From Poseidonia sp. (GTDB lineage Archaea; Thermoplasmatota; Poseidoniia; Poseidoniales; Poseidoniaceae), in the NCBI GenBank assembly GCA_049600935.1, contig JBMYQB010000006.1:1-61019 (forward strand): DNA of 61,019 bases, read 5' to 3'. Each line of letters opens with the position of its first letter. The first letter of the stretch is position 1. The notes under the pieces were generated by a model. The model searched no databases and was not told where the DNA came from. It worked only from the letters and a program-made list of their open reading frames with translations. The position numbers and the translations under genes were made by a program. Of this stretch, positions 1 through 8,762 are shown piece by piece.

Positions 1-156
1 ACGCTTTTTTCGAGCTGCACGTTTCATTGCAAGAACTTCAGGCTTGATTTTTTGAACTTCGTTCAGTTTGTCGTACCTGTAATCGCTTGGCTTGCGGCCA
101 GTTCGCTTGCTCCTTCCTTTTCGCTTGGTCTCCTCTTCTTTTTTGGTATTCCCCAT
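1..156 (-). CDS. Partial ORF running off the window start; Lys/Arg-rich N-terminus of an unidentified protein
   Basis: ATG at 156 preceded by a GGGGGA RBS-like tract. Open frame MGNTKKEEETKRKGRSKRTGRKPSDYRYDKLNEVQKIKPEVLAMKRAARKKR with no stop before position 1. Family not recognised. Confidence 0.6.
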   Translation of the reverse strand, partial: MGNTKKEEETKRKGRSKRTGRKPSDYRYDKLNEVQKIKPEVLAMKRAARKKR

Positions 157-297
157 GTATATTCCCCCATAATCCTGTGCAGAATCGTCTAGCGATTCCG
201 CCGTAGGGTAGCGGATGTGCTCCGAATTCGGGGGGGTTGGTTCAGTTCATGGGGCGGCCTCTGGAATGCAAGTCTGCAGAATATCTATTTCCCCGAG

Positions 298-309
298 TTC
301 ATATAAGGA
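298..309 (-). promoter_or_regulatory. Candidate TATA box (CCTTATATGAAC) for the partial ORF starting at 156
   Basis: TTATAT in the intergenic region just downstream of the upstream gene's U-tract. Implies a 5' leader of roughly 120 nt. Confidence 0.4.
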
Positions 310-324
310 ATGCACGCTAAAAGT

Positions 325-340
325 CCCAAAAAAAGGGGGC
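325..340 (-). terminator. Oligo-U terminator candidate after the 341..1279 gene
   Basis: Minus strand reads GCCCCCTTTTTTTGGG directly after the TGA stop. A 7-U tract is typical of archaeal intrinsic termination. Confidence 0.55.
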
Positions 341-1279
341 TCAATCGTTCATTTCTTCCCGTAAAGCATCCAGCGCACTGCTGGCTGCGGGAAGGGGTGG
401 AAGGGCCAATGGAGTGCCGTCCGGAGCGAGCAAAGGTGGCAATTCTTTGCCGTCGGGACCGATGAGAACGGGAAGTTCGGGTTCTGCTTGGGTTGAGCCT
501 ACGGATTCAAACCCAACATCCAGCGGAAGTCGGAGTTTGAGAATGCGTGCATCGTCAATTCGGACAAAGGTGGCACCGTAGACATGCCCCGGTTCGGGGT
601 GTTCAGGCTCGACCATGACCGTGTGGCCGTGGCCCGGTGTTTGCAAAAGGGCCACAAGGTCCTCGCCCGAAGCATGTTCTTCCCACATGCGAGCGGTCGA
701 TGCACGAATGTCAGCCATCTGCCCCATGCGGCGACGCTTGATGCGTTCTCGAATGGCTTCGTGGCGTTCACGACGGTCTCGAACCGTCAATTCGATGTCC
801 GCATCCTCGACCGATTCAGGGCTCACGTCCACGACGTATTCATCGGCGACATGAACGTCCTCAAGCTCAACTTCGACCACGACCTCCCCGTCGGTCTCGG
901 CCTGGGCCTCGGCTTCAACTGCAGCCTCTGCTTTGGCGGCTTCTGCCGCAGCGATTTTGGCCAATTTGCGTTCTCGTAAGGTTGCACCGTCAAGAGAATC
1001 GGCCGTAACTGGCGCTGGAAGGTCGTCTTCTTCGTCCTCTTCAATCGATACCTGCTCTTGGTCGACGGCGACCGCTTCGGGTTGCGCTGCACGAGTCCGA
1101 GGACGAGATGCGCGAGCGGGCTGAGACGTGGTTCCAAGGTGAATCCAGAGAAACGCCAGCACACCCATGGCACCAACGAACCCCCACTTGGCCTCATCCG
1201 TGAGTTGGCCGACGGTTGCGAGGTAGAACACCAAGACGGAGATGAACAACACACCGACGGCGGTCCTTGCGAATCCCAT
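341..1279 (-). CDS. Hypothetical membrane-anchored protein: 2 N-terminal TM helices, acidic linker, charged coiled coil
   Basis: Long ORF. Hydrophobic segments TAVGVLFISVLVFYL and WGFVGAMGVLAFLWI, then E/D-rich and R/E-rich helical regions. Start at 1279 chosen for the GAGGGA RBS. Confidence 0.75.
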   Translation of the reverse strand: MGFARTAVGVLFISVLVFYLATVGQLTDEAKWGFVGAMGVLAFLWIHLGTTSQPARASRPRTRAAQPEAVAVDQEQVSIEEDEEDDLPAPVTADSLDGATLRERKLAKIAAAEAAKAEAAVEAEAQAETDGEVVVEVELEDVHVADEYVVDVSPESVEDADIELTVRDRRERHEAIRERIKRRRMGQMADIRASTARMWEEHASGEDLVALLQTPGHGHTVMVEPEHPEPGHVYGATFVRIDDARILKLRLPLDVGFESVGSTQAEPELPVLIGPDGKELPPLLAPDGTPLALPPLPAASSALDALREEMND

Positions 1280-1332
1280 GTCCCTCGGCCCACCCAACTC
1301 TTGATTCTTTATGACGGTGATGGAAGCGTTGC

Positions 1333-2001
1333 TTATTGCTCATGTTCAGGTGCGGGGAGTTGCCGAAGCAAATCTTCCAGTGCTCGTCGACGATGACTGA
1401 ATTGATGCTTGGTGAACGGTCCAACGGTACCAAAGGTCTGGCCGTGTGTGCTCACCACGCCCAGCGTATCCGGGCTGACGGGTTCACCTTGATCGTCAAG
1501 GTCAGCGGGAACAAAAACAGGGTCAAAACCGAAACCAGCCTCACCTTGAACTTCGGTGGCGATGGACCCTTTGCAGATACCTCGCCCAATCAGGACCTCA
1601 TGACCGTCCCACAGGGCGGCAACGGCTTGGAAGGATGCAGAGCGGAGATTCTTGATGCGCACAGGGTCGTCATCGACAAGGTGAGAAAGCAATCGCAAGA
1701 CCCCTTGGTTGCCGACCGTAGAGAAGACGTAGGAGGAATAAACGCCGGGAAAACCATCGAGCGCATCCACGAAGAGCCCCGCATCCTCAACCATCACCAT
1801 CGCACCGTCGTGAGGAAGATGCTGCATGGCTTGCTGAAGTTTGGCTCTCGCGACCTCCTCCAAATCATCCGATTGGGGCTCAATGATGCTCCCTTCGGGC
1901 ACCTCCAGCGCCTTCACGTCCATGCCCAGAGGCTGAAAATGGTGCGTTGCCTCTTCCAACTTTCCGGCGTTGGAGGTGAGAAACCATACCGTGCTGCTCA
2001 T
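1333..2001 (-). CDS. rdgB: Non-canonical purine NTP pyrophosphatase (HAM1/RdgB/ITPase)
   Basis: Motifs TSNAGKLEE, EDAGLFVDALDGFPGVYS, GFGFDPVF, KHQFSHRRRAL. Confidence 0.93.
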   Translation of the reverse strand: MSSTVWFLTSNAGKLEEATHHFQPLGMDVKALEVPEGSIIEPQSDDLEEVARAKLQQAMQHLPHDGAMVMVEDAGLFVDALDGFPGVYSSYVFSTVGNQGVLRLLSHLVDDDPVRIKNLRSASFQAVAALWDGHEVLIGRGICKGSIATEVQGEAGFGFDPVFVPADLDDQGEPVSPDTLGVVSTHGQTFGTVGPFTKHQFSHRRRALEDLLRQLPAPEHEQ

Positions 2002-2101
2002 GGCGGTCGGTCCAACCGACAGCCTAAGACCATGCCCCAATCCTGTTTCTCTCTCTTCATACCAAAGGAGGTTCTTTAGCAAACCACGGGCTAAGCCATC
2101 C

Positions 2102-2473
2102 ATGCTCTCGCATTGGATGTTGGTCGCTGTAGGCGGAGCCGCCGGTGCGGTTCTTCGGTTCTATCTGAGCGAAACGATTCCATCTGATTCCTTTCCGTGG
2201 GCGACCTTGAGCGTCAACCTTCTCGGCTCCTTCTTGCTCGGCATCGTGGCCGCTGCTGGCTTGGTGCAGGTCTTGGGAGAAGCACAGACCTTGCTGCTCG
2301 GCGTCGGATTTTTGGGTGCCTTCACGACCATGTCCACCTTTTCGGTGGAAACCATCGCCATGATGGAAGAGGGGCGGTGGCAGAGCGCTGGCATCTACGT
2401 GATGGTGAGCGCTCTCGCTGGACCGCTTCTGGCGTTCATCGGTTGGAAAGGCGGCCATGCATGGCTTGGCTGA
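2102..2473 (+). CDS. crcB: Fluoride efflux channel FluC/CrcB
   Basis: Four TM helices; GGAAGAVLRF, PWATLSVNLLGSF, GFLGAFTTMSTF. Confidence 0.93.
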   Translation: MLSHWMLVAVGGAAGAVLRFYLSETIPSDSFPWATLSVNLLGSFLLGIVAAAGLVQVLGEAQTLLLGVGFLGAFTTMSTFSVETIAMMEEGRWQSAGIYVMVSALAGPLLAFIGWKGGHAWLG

Positions 2474-2474
2474 T

Positions 2475-3629
2475 TCACTTGAGAATCGCAAGCATGCGAT
2501 TCAACGCCAAGAGCGAGCCGGCCTGAACGGCCTCGGGCACGACGATCTGATTCGGGACTTCCCCGTCAACCAAGCGCTCCAAGACGTCCATCAGGTAGGC
2601 AGGGTGAATCATGTACATCGTTGAGCAGGGGCATATCTCCTCATCAAGGCACTCAATGTGCTTGTCTGGATGTTCTTGAGCCAGGCGGGCCACCATGTTG
2701 ATTTCGGTACCGATGGCGATGCTCGACCCTGCCGGCTGCTGCGCTACGAAGTTGCGAATGTATTGGGTGGAACCGTAGGCATCCGCCAACTCCACCGTCT
2801 CGCGAGGACACTCAGGATGGACCACGACAATGCCGTCGGGGTGTTGGGTACGGAAGTCCTCGATTTGCTGAGGCGTGAACCGCTTATGAACCGAACAAAA
2901 GCCATGCCAGAGAACGATGCGCGCCCCGTCAAGCGACCCCATGGCGCCAAAACCTGGCGTCCATGTTGGCATGCGATCAGCGGAAATGCCCATGGCGAGA
3001 CCTGTGTTTCGACCGAGATGCTGGTCCGGGAAAAACAGCACAGCACCGTTCGGTCCTGCCCGCTCAAAGGCCCAATTCAGCACGCCTTCTGCGTTCGATG
3101 ACGTACACACCACACCGCCATGTCGACCAACAAAGTCCTTCAGGTCGGCGCTCGAATTCATGTAGGTGACAGGCACGAGGTAAGCTTCGTTTTCACCTGC
3201 TGGCTCCTCGGGATATTCTCGGGTGATGGGGTCTGCGAGACCGGATTCTTTGAGCAGCTCATCCCACGCCACTTCCACTTCGCTCAAGGTGGCCATATCG
3301 GCCATGGAGCATCCGGCACGAAGGTTGGGCAAGATGACGCTCTGGTCCTCTGAAGTCAGAATATCAGCGGATTCTGCCATGAAATGAACGCCGCAGAACA
3401 CGATGTATTTGGCATCGGATTCGGCTGCTTTTTGGCTGAGCATGAAGGAATCACCGAGGAAATCGGCATGCATGACAATGCTGTCTCGCTGGTAATGGTG
3501 GCCGAGGATGAGCAGGTCATCACCAAGTTGCTCCTTGAGTTCCTGAATCCTGTCGGCAATGGCCTGTTCTTCGATGGACAAAGTGGTGTCCATGAAGTTG
3601 ACCGAGCACATTGGGAGGGTTACTGCCAT
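2475..3629 (-). CDS. nadA: Quinolinate synthase NadA (Bacillus/actinobacterial-like type)
   Basis: LGHHYQ, FCGVHFMAE, AGCSMADMA, YMNSSA, CTSSNA, FFPDQHLGRNT, GFCSVH, VHPEC, CPCSTM. Start position uncertain (3629 or 3593). Confidence 0.95.
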   Translation of the reverse strand: MAVTLPMCSVNFMDTTLSIEEQAIADRIQELKEQLGDDLLILGHHYQRDSIVMHADFLGDSFMLSQKAAESDAKYIVFCGVHFMAESADILTSEDQSVILPNLRAGCSMADMATLSEVEVAWDELLKESGLADPITREYPEEPAGENEAYLVPVTYMNSSADLKDFVGRHGGVVCTSSNAEGVLNWAFERAGPNGAVLFFPDQHLGRNTGLAMGISADRMPTWTPGFGAMGSLDGARIVLWHGFCSVHKRFTPQQIEDFRTQHPDGIVVVHPECPRETVELADAYGSTQYIRNFVAQQPAGSSIAIGTEINMVARLAQEHPDKHIECLDEEICPCSTMYMIHPAYLMDVLERLVDGEVPNQIVVPEAVQAGSLLALNRMLAILK

Positions 3630-3714
3630 GGGTCTCATGTAACCCAAGCAGCGACCCCTTTTCAAGGAACGGATGGGCATGAATGTTCAAAAAGAGGGGG
3701 TTGGTGAGCGAGCC

Positions 3715-4395
3715 ATGGTCTTCAAGCCAATCCAGCGCCTCCACCTCGGTGCAGAAGCCGAGGTTTGGAAGGGTGAATGGTTTGGTAAGCCAGCCGTGCG
3801 CAAACAACGCCGACCCCGTTCTTGGCGACACCCGAACCTTGACCATCGCCTTGGCGTTCGCCGAATGATCAGCGAAGCCCGCCTCTTGATCCGCACTCGA
3901 AAAGCAGGACTTTCCGTCCCATCTGTATGGGATTTGGATTACGAGGGTGGCCAACTCATCATCGAACATTTGGGCGGCAGACCGCTTATCGACGTGCTCA
4001 ATGACGAGGCCACCACCTCCACCACCGCCCAAGCCATCCTCCGACGCGTTGGCGCTGCCGTGCGGCGACTCCACCGAGAAGCAACCACCCACGGGGATCT
4101 TTCCAGCAACAACATCCTCATCGAGGGGGAACTGGTTCACCTCATCGATTTCGGACTGGCCTCCATCGAATACGACGTCGAGCGGTTCGGCATTGACCTG
4201 CACGTGCTGGATGAAATTCTCGGAGCCTCTCACCCACAATGGGAGGGCGCCATCGATTGGGTGGTGGACGGCTACATGGAGGCTGAAGAGGCGCTCGGTC
4301 CCGCACCGGCACTCCAAGGCGGTGCTGTACCGTCGGCTCGGGAAGTGCATGCTCGGCTTGAAGACATCCGCACCCGAGTTCGCTATCACGGTTGA
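3715..4395 (+). CDS. bud32: KEOPS complex kinase Bud32 (standalone)
   Basis: GAEA P-loop, AVRK, HGDLSSNNIL, IDFGL. GGTGA RBS before ATG 3715. Confidence 0.9.
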   Translation: MVFKPIQRLHLGAEAEVWKGEWFGKPAVRKQRRPRSWRHPNLDHRLGVRRMISEARLLIRTRKAGLSVPSVWDLDYEGGQLIIEHLGGRPLIDVLNDEATTSTTAQAILRRVGAAVRRLHREATTHGDLSSNNILIEGELVHLIDFGLASIEYDVERFGIDLHVLDEILGASHPQWEGAIDWVVDGYMEAEEALGPAPALQGGAVPSAREVHARLEDIRTRVRYHG

Positions 4396-6491
4396 CGCTG
4401 CATGCGACGTTCACTTTGGCGCTGCCACATGTTCCAAGCAACCACCACAAAGGCGGCCAGCACACCGATCTGGAGAACGATGCTGGAATAGAACCGGAGT
4501 TCGGGCTCCCAAGAATGAATTTCTACCGAAACCACATCCTCGTCCATCTCAAAATACACCAAATGGTGTTCCAAGACTTGAGGGCCCCACTGGTCCTTGG
4601 TGTCCGATGTCAACACGTGGGAGGTGTTGGTTTCCAATTCCGTGAAGTAGATTTCACGGTCGAGATACTTCTCTTGGGGGCTCAGTGGATTGAGGTGGTC
4701 TCGAACCGACCATGCCAAAATGCCGTGGTCAAGCGAAAGGTCCGAGACGTGATATTTCGGATTGCTTGCAAGCCACTGCTCAGCCGTTGTTCTGTTGTAG
4801 AGCACCAAGCGGTCGGTGGCCGAGACGTTGACCGTCACGGCCAAGTATTCACGATTGAACGCCATGGTTTGGATGCTGGCGTTGTCCATGTCAACCGGCG
4901 TCCCCCACGACGCAAGAAGGTCGTCCTCCTCGACCGGAGCGGTGGCGTTGATGGTGTAGCCGACTTCTCCACGAACACCCAACTGGAGGATGTTCACTTC
5001 CATGGGGTTTAATGAGGAGACGTAGGCGATTTCGGAGCCAGAACAGGTCATGGACCGGATGTTTCCAGGTTGCTCTTCGCCAAGCACCGAGACGCCCTGT
5101 AAATTCATCACGTCCAGGACACCGTCAACGGTGTAGGCAACGACGGCAGAGCCTGCTTGTTCACAGAGTAACAATTGTTCGTGAGTTGAAAAGGGCATGG
5201 TCATCAAGGCCGTTGTTGGGTCTTCAACGTCAAAAACGAACAAGGCGGTTGCGTTGGTGGCGACCAACCGGTCCTCCTTCAGAGCATAACTCGAATCAAG
5301 AGAGACATCTGGAATGTTCACCATTACCGAGGCAAAGTCTTCGGATGACAAATCATGGAGCATCATGTAGACGGCATCGCTCTGATTGTCCAGTGTCACC
5401 AACCAACCATCTGCAGCCGCCGCTGCTTCGGGCGCCTCCACGCCCCCTGCTGGTAGAGAGCGGTGAGTGAGGTCCCAGGTGATTACCGCCGCCACGACGA
5501 CCAAAATCACTACGGCGATATGACCCGTCTCTCGGCTTGTTGGTGAACGGTATTGCTTGAACAGCCTCACCGTACGACCACGAATCCACGCCCAAGCCTG
5601 GCCTGGTCGAGTAAGCACGGTCACAATCCGAGCGTTCATCGTGCGTTCGTCAAAGAATTTCCACCACGTGTTGGATGTCCGGTCGGCCATTGAAACGGCT
5701 GCGCCGGCAATGAGCATCCCCCCGATAATGTCCACAAACCAGTGGATACCGAGGTAGATGATGGTGAACGCCGTGAGCAAGGTGTAGGCAAACACGGTGT
5801 ACCGATACCGATTCCAACGTCGGTCGTCGTCGAACCGCGTGAGGCACAGCCACACAGCAAAGGGGATGCCGATGTGGAGGGAGGGCATGCCGTTGGTGAA
5901 CGGGTCAATCCGGCGGAACCAATCAGCGATTTCCGGCGTGAGGGTGTAAGCAAGCGTTTCCATTTCGGGGATGGTATCGCCCGTCACTCGAACGTTGAAG
6001 AAGAGGTAAAACGGTACGGCGAGAATGTAGACCCAAGCGATGGAGAGGGTGACTCGGTCAGCGAGCCAACGGTCATCGAAATAGGCAAAATAAAACACGG
6101 AAACATAGCAAATGAACATGAAACCTGCCACGTAGAAATGGGTCAGGGCCGTGGTCAACCAATCCGCCTCAAACGTTTGCTGAACCCACAGCACCAAATT
6201 TCCTTCAATCGCCCAAATGTACGGCGTCATGTCGAGGCCGGTGCTGGCCATGAGCAAACGATCGATCTGGTCAAGGCTGTCTTTGGCGTTGTAGATGGCG
6301 AAGACGATGAGAATGTGAACCCAGTAGCGTCGAAAAAAGTCAACAAAAGGTGGGAGTGACAACTTCGCCCACGGTGGTTTGAACACCGGAAGTAGGATGA
6401 CGCCCAAGGCGAGGGCGCTGATCATCCAAGTCAGATAGACGCTCTGCACGGCAACGCACTCCGGTTCTGTGTCATGCCTTTCCTTCATCAA
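4386..6491 (-). CDS. Aur1/IPC-synthase-like (PAP2 superfamily) membrane enzyme fused to a putative beta-propeller and C-terminal TM helix
   Basis: N-terminal multi-TM domain with FTNGMPSLHIG and YLGIHWFVDIIGG. C-terminal region of about 300 aa with repeated beta-rich blades and a terminal TM helix. Confidence 0.75.
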   Translation of the reverse strand: MMKERHDTEPECVAVQSVYLTWMISALALGVILLPVFKPPWAKLSLPPFVDFFRRYWVHILIVFAIYNAKDSLDQIDRLLMASTGLDMTPYIWAIEGNLVLWVQQTFEADWLTTALTHFYVAGFMFICYVSVFYFAYFDDRWLADRVTLSIAWVYILAVPFYLFFNVRVTGDTIPEMETLAYTLTPEIADWFRRIDPFTNGMPSLHIGIPFAVWLCLTRFDDDRRWNRYRYTVFAYTLLTAFTIIYLGIHWFVDIIGGMLIAGAAVSMADRTSNTWWKFFDERTMNARIVTVLTRPGQAWAWIRGRTVRLFKQYRSPTSRETGHIAVVILVVVAAVITWDLTHRSLPAGGVEAPEAAAAADGWLVTLDNQSDAVYMMLHDLSSEDFASVMVNIPDVSLDSSYALKEDRLVATNATALFVFDVEDPTTALMTMPFSTHEQLLLCEQAGSAVVAYTVDGVLDVMNLQGVSVLGEEQPGNIRSMTCSGSEIAYVSSLNPMEVNILQLGVRGEVGYTINATAPVEEDDLLASWGTPVDMDNASIQTMAFNREYLAVTVNVSATDRLVLYNRTTAEQWLASNPKYHVSDLSLDHGILAWSVRDHLNPLSPQEKYLDREIYFTELETNTSHVLTSDTKDQWGPQVLEHHLVYFEMDEDVVSVEIHSWEPELRFYSSIVLQIGVLAAFVVVAWNMWQRQSERRMQRQP

Positions 6492-6527
6492 AGCGTCGTC
6501 AACAGCCGGACGCAGCGAGCGTTCTTT

Positions 6528-6881
6528 CTACCATGCACCGTGAACGTAGGGTTTTCCTCGGTCAGGATCCCGTCGATTGGCCAGGTCAAAGATACGTTCG
6601 AAACGATAAATTCCACTTGAACACCCCTGCTGCCATTCGAAGGCCAAGGCGTACTTGCCAACGGTTCTCACCGTCGGTTTTTCTGCTGGCAAGGCCTCAA
6701 CCTGACGACGAAGGGTCCGACTGGTGTCGTCTTCGTTTCGCATGGGTGAACACTTCGCACACGGACAAGCATGGCGGAGGTCATCGTAGGAGACGGTATA
6801 TTCGGAGGCGTCGTCGTAGGTGAGCACCATGTCTTGCTGACGGCGTTCCAGTTTCTTGAGGGTGGGCAGGACGTCGCTCAT
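6528..6881 (-). CDS. DUF971 / GBBH-N-like protein
   Basis: LRHACPCAKC, VRTVGKYALAFEW, SSGIYRF match the DUF971 pattern. Lies 9 bp after mrp. Confidence 0.85.
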   Translation of the reverse strand: MSDVLPTLKKLERRQQDMVLTYDDASEYTVSYDDLRHACPCAKCSPMRNEDDTSRTLRRQVEALPAEKPTVRTVGKYALAFEWQQGCSSGIYRFERIFDLANRRDPDRGKPYVHGAW

Positions 6882-6890
6882 CGGACCACC

Positions 6891-7901
6891 TCAGATAATT
6901 TCGAGACCACCATCGGCGCCGTCCGAGAGTTGGTCTTGAATCGCAGCGACCACCTTGGAAAAGGCCTGAGCAGAGGGGCCGTCAGGTTCCGAAACGATGC
7001 GGTGAACACCATCATCGCCACCTCGGACAAAGCCCGGGTCAAACGGGAGCGCCCCAAGGAAGGGTACACCAAATTCCTCGGCCGTGTCTTTTCCTCCACC
7101 CTCCTTGAAGATGTCAAGGGTCACGGAGAACTTTCCTTCGCCATCGGCCTTCGCCGTGAGCGTTTTTCCACCGGGGGCGGCGATGCTGACCTCCGTGCCT
7201 GGTGCCGCTGTTCCGTTGACGGTGAAACCGCTCATGTTCTCGACCACACCCAAAACGGGTACTTTCAGCGATTCCGAGAAGGTGATGGATTTCCGGCTAT
7301 CGAGCAACGCAACTTGTTGCGGTGTCGTCACGATGACCATGCCGTCGATATCGGGAAGGGATTGGGCCACCGTTAGCGGTTCGTCCGAGGTGCCCGGGGG
7401 GAAATCGATGATGAGGTAGTCCAGCTCACCCCATTCCACATCACCAATGAACTGCTGAATGGCACCGAGTTTGATGGGGCCACGCCATACGACAGGCGTG
7501 TCTTCGTCCTCAAGCAAGAACGCCATGCTGATGACCTTCACGCCCAGATGGCCCTGAGCGGGGTGAATGCGCTTGTTTTCGACGTGAAGGCGTCGACCGT
7601 CGAGGCCCATCATCTTGGGGACGTTCGGCCCGGTGATGTCAATGTCGAGAATGCCCACGGCATGACCCTGTTGGGCAAGCGAGAGAGCGAGGCCCGTTGA
7701 AACGGTGGATTTGCCCACGCCGCCCTTGCCAGAAAGGACCATGATCTTGTGTTTGATTTTCCGGCCAATTTCCTCCATGGCCATTTTCCGCTTCATTTGA
7801 GCATAGGCCTGTTCCATCTGCTTCTGTTCCTGAGGAGATGGGCCCGCGGGAGCATCGTTTGAGCCACCGGGCGTGTTGATGGATACGGGAGAATCCGCCA
7901 T
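6891..7901 (-). CDS. mrp: Mrp/ApbC/NBP35-family P-loop ATPase, atypical (no Cys)
   Basis: SGKGGVGKST deviant Walker A, DIDITGPNVP, VVWRGP, DYLIIDFPPGTSD, VTTPQ, VVENMS. Confidence 0.93.
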   Translation of the reverse strand: MADSPVSINTPGGSNDAPAGPSPQEQKQMEQAYAQMKRKMAMEEIGRKIKHKIMVLSGKGGVGKSTVSTGLALSLAQQGHAVGILDIDITGPNVPKMMGLDGRRLHVENKRIHPAQGHLGVKVISMAFLLEDEDTPVVWRGPIKLGAIQQFIGDVEWGELDYLIIDFPPGTSDEPLTVAQSLPDIDGMVIVTTPQQVALLDSRKSITFSESLKVPVLGVVENMSGFTVNGTAAPGTEVSIAAPGGKTLTAKADGEGKFSVTLDIFKEGGGKDTAEEFGVPFLGALPFDPGFVRGGDDGVHRIVSEPDGPSAQAFSKVVAAIQDQLSDGADGGLEII

Positions 7902-7964
7902 AACCTCACCACCAAACTGGCCTACTTCAACCCACCCACGACCCCGCGTGCCCTCGATGTGGCG

Positions 7965-8306
7965 TCATGAAGCCAATTTGCGGTCCAACACCCCGTGAAC
8001 CATCACGGTCAAGCCGACAATGGCCACCGTATGGGGGGCCGACCACGCCATGCCGCCGTACGCCCACGCCAATCCGAAAGCGAGCGGGAATGCGACGAGG
8101 GTTGATGCACGATTTGTTTGCCGTCGCTTCGCCCTGCTCACCGGGCGTTCAAGCACGACCACCAGCGGGCCAAACGTGAGGACTTGGAGGCTAATGAGCA
8201 CAGCAACAATGGAGAACGCCAGTTCCATGCCTCCCGCCGCAAAGGCCACGTGCAAGGCGAACAGAACGGTGAAGCCGACGAGGTTGAGGCTCAGACCACG
8301 CCACAC
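7965..8306 (-). CDS. Small hypothetical membrane protein (about 4 TM)
   Basis: 113-aa ORF dominated by hydrophobic helices, filling the gap between mrp and arsC. GTG start. Confidence 0.6.
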   Translation of the reverse strand: MWRGLSLNLVGFTVLFALHVAFAAGGMELAFSIVAVLISLQVLTFGPLVVVLERPVSRAKRRQTNRASTLVAFPLAFGLAWAYGGMAWSAPHTVAIVGLTVMVHGVLDRKLAS

Positions 8307-8390
8307 ATACTCCCGAAGAAGTCGCCCTATGTGAAGTCATCAATACGCTATGGAGATAGGCTTCATAATGCGTCAAGTGTTCGTTAGACC

Positions 8391-8762
8391 ATGAAGGTCC
8401 TCTTCGTTTGTGTTGGCAATTCTTGCAGGTCCCAAATGGCCGAAGGGTTGGCGTCCTCAATGGGACTGGAAGCAGCATCGGCTGGAACTCATCCGGCTGA
8501 CTGCGTGGCAGAGCACGCCATCACGCTGCTTCAATCAAAAGGCATCTCCACCGAAGGGATGACGCCCAAAAGCTTGGACGAATTTGACCCAACTACGTTT
8601 GACAAAGTCATTTCGATGGGGTGTGGGGTGCACTGTCCGGCCATCAAGATTGACGAAGACTGGGGCCTTGAGGACCCTGTCGGGCATGATTTTGAGGTCT
8701 ACGAACGAACCGCTGAAGAAATTCAACGACGCCTCCGTCTGCTCGTTGATCAGTCGTCTTGA
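8391..8762 (+). CDS. arsC: LMW-PTP-family arsenate reductase / low-molecular-weight phosphatase
   Basis: CVGNSCRSQMAEG (CX5R loop), SAGT, MGCGVHCP, DWGLEDP. Confidence 0.85.
   Translation: MKVLFVCVGNSCRSQMAEGLASSMGLEAASAGTHPADCVAEHAITLLQSKGISTEGMTPKSLDEFDPTTFDKVISMGCGVHCPAIKIDEDWGLEDPVGHDFEVYERTAEEIQRRLRLLVDQSS

Noticed and set aside
1-156. Ribosomal protein call for the basic partial ORF
   Set aside because: Composition fits, but I recognise no ribosomal-protein motif in the 52 visible residues.
1333-2001. Short loop insertions in RdgB (DLDDQGEPVSPDTLGVVSTH)
   Set aside because: Catalytic motifs are intact and the insertions look like variable surface loops with no further signal.
2002-2101. 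Fluoride (crcB) riboswitch upstream of crcB
   Set aside because: No GGCGATG...CGCC-type conserved core. Only a small GTCGG-TCCAA-CCGAC hairpin in a 100-nt divergent gap.
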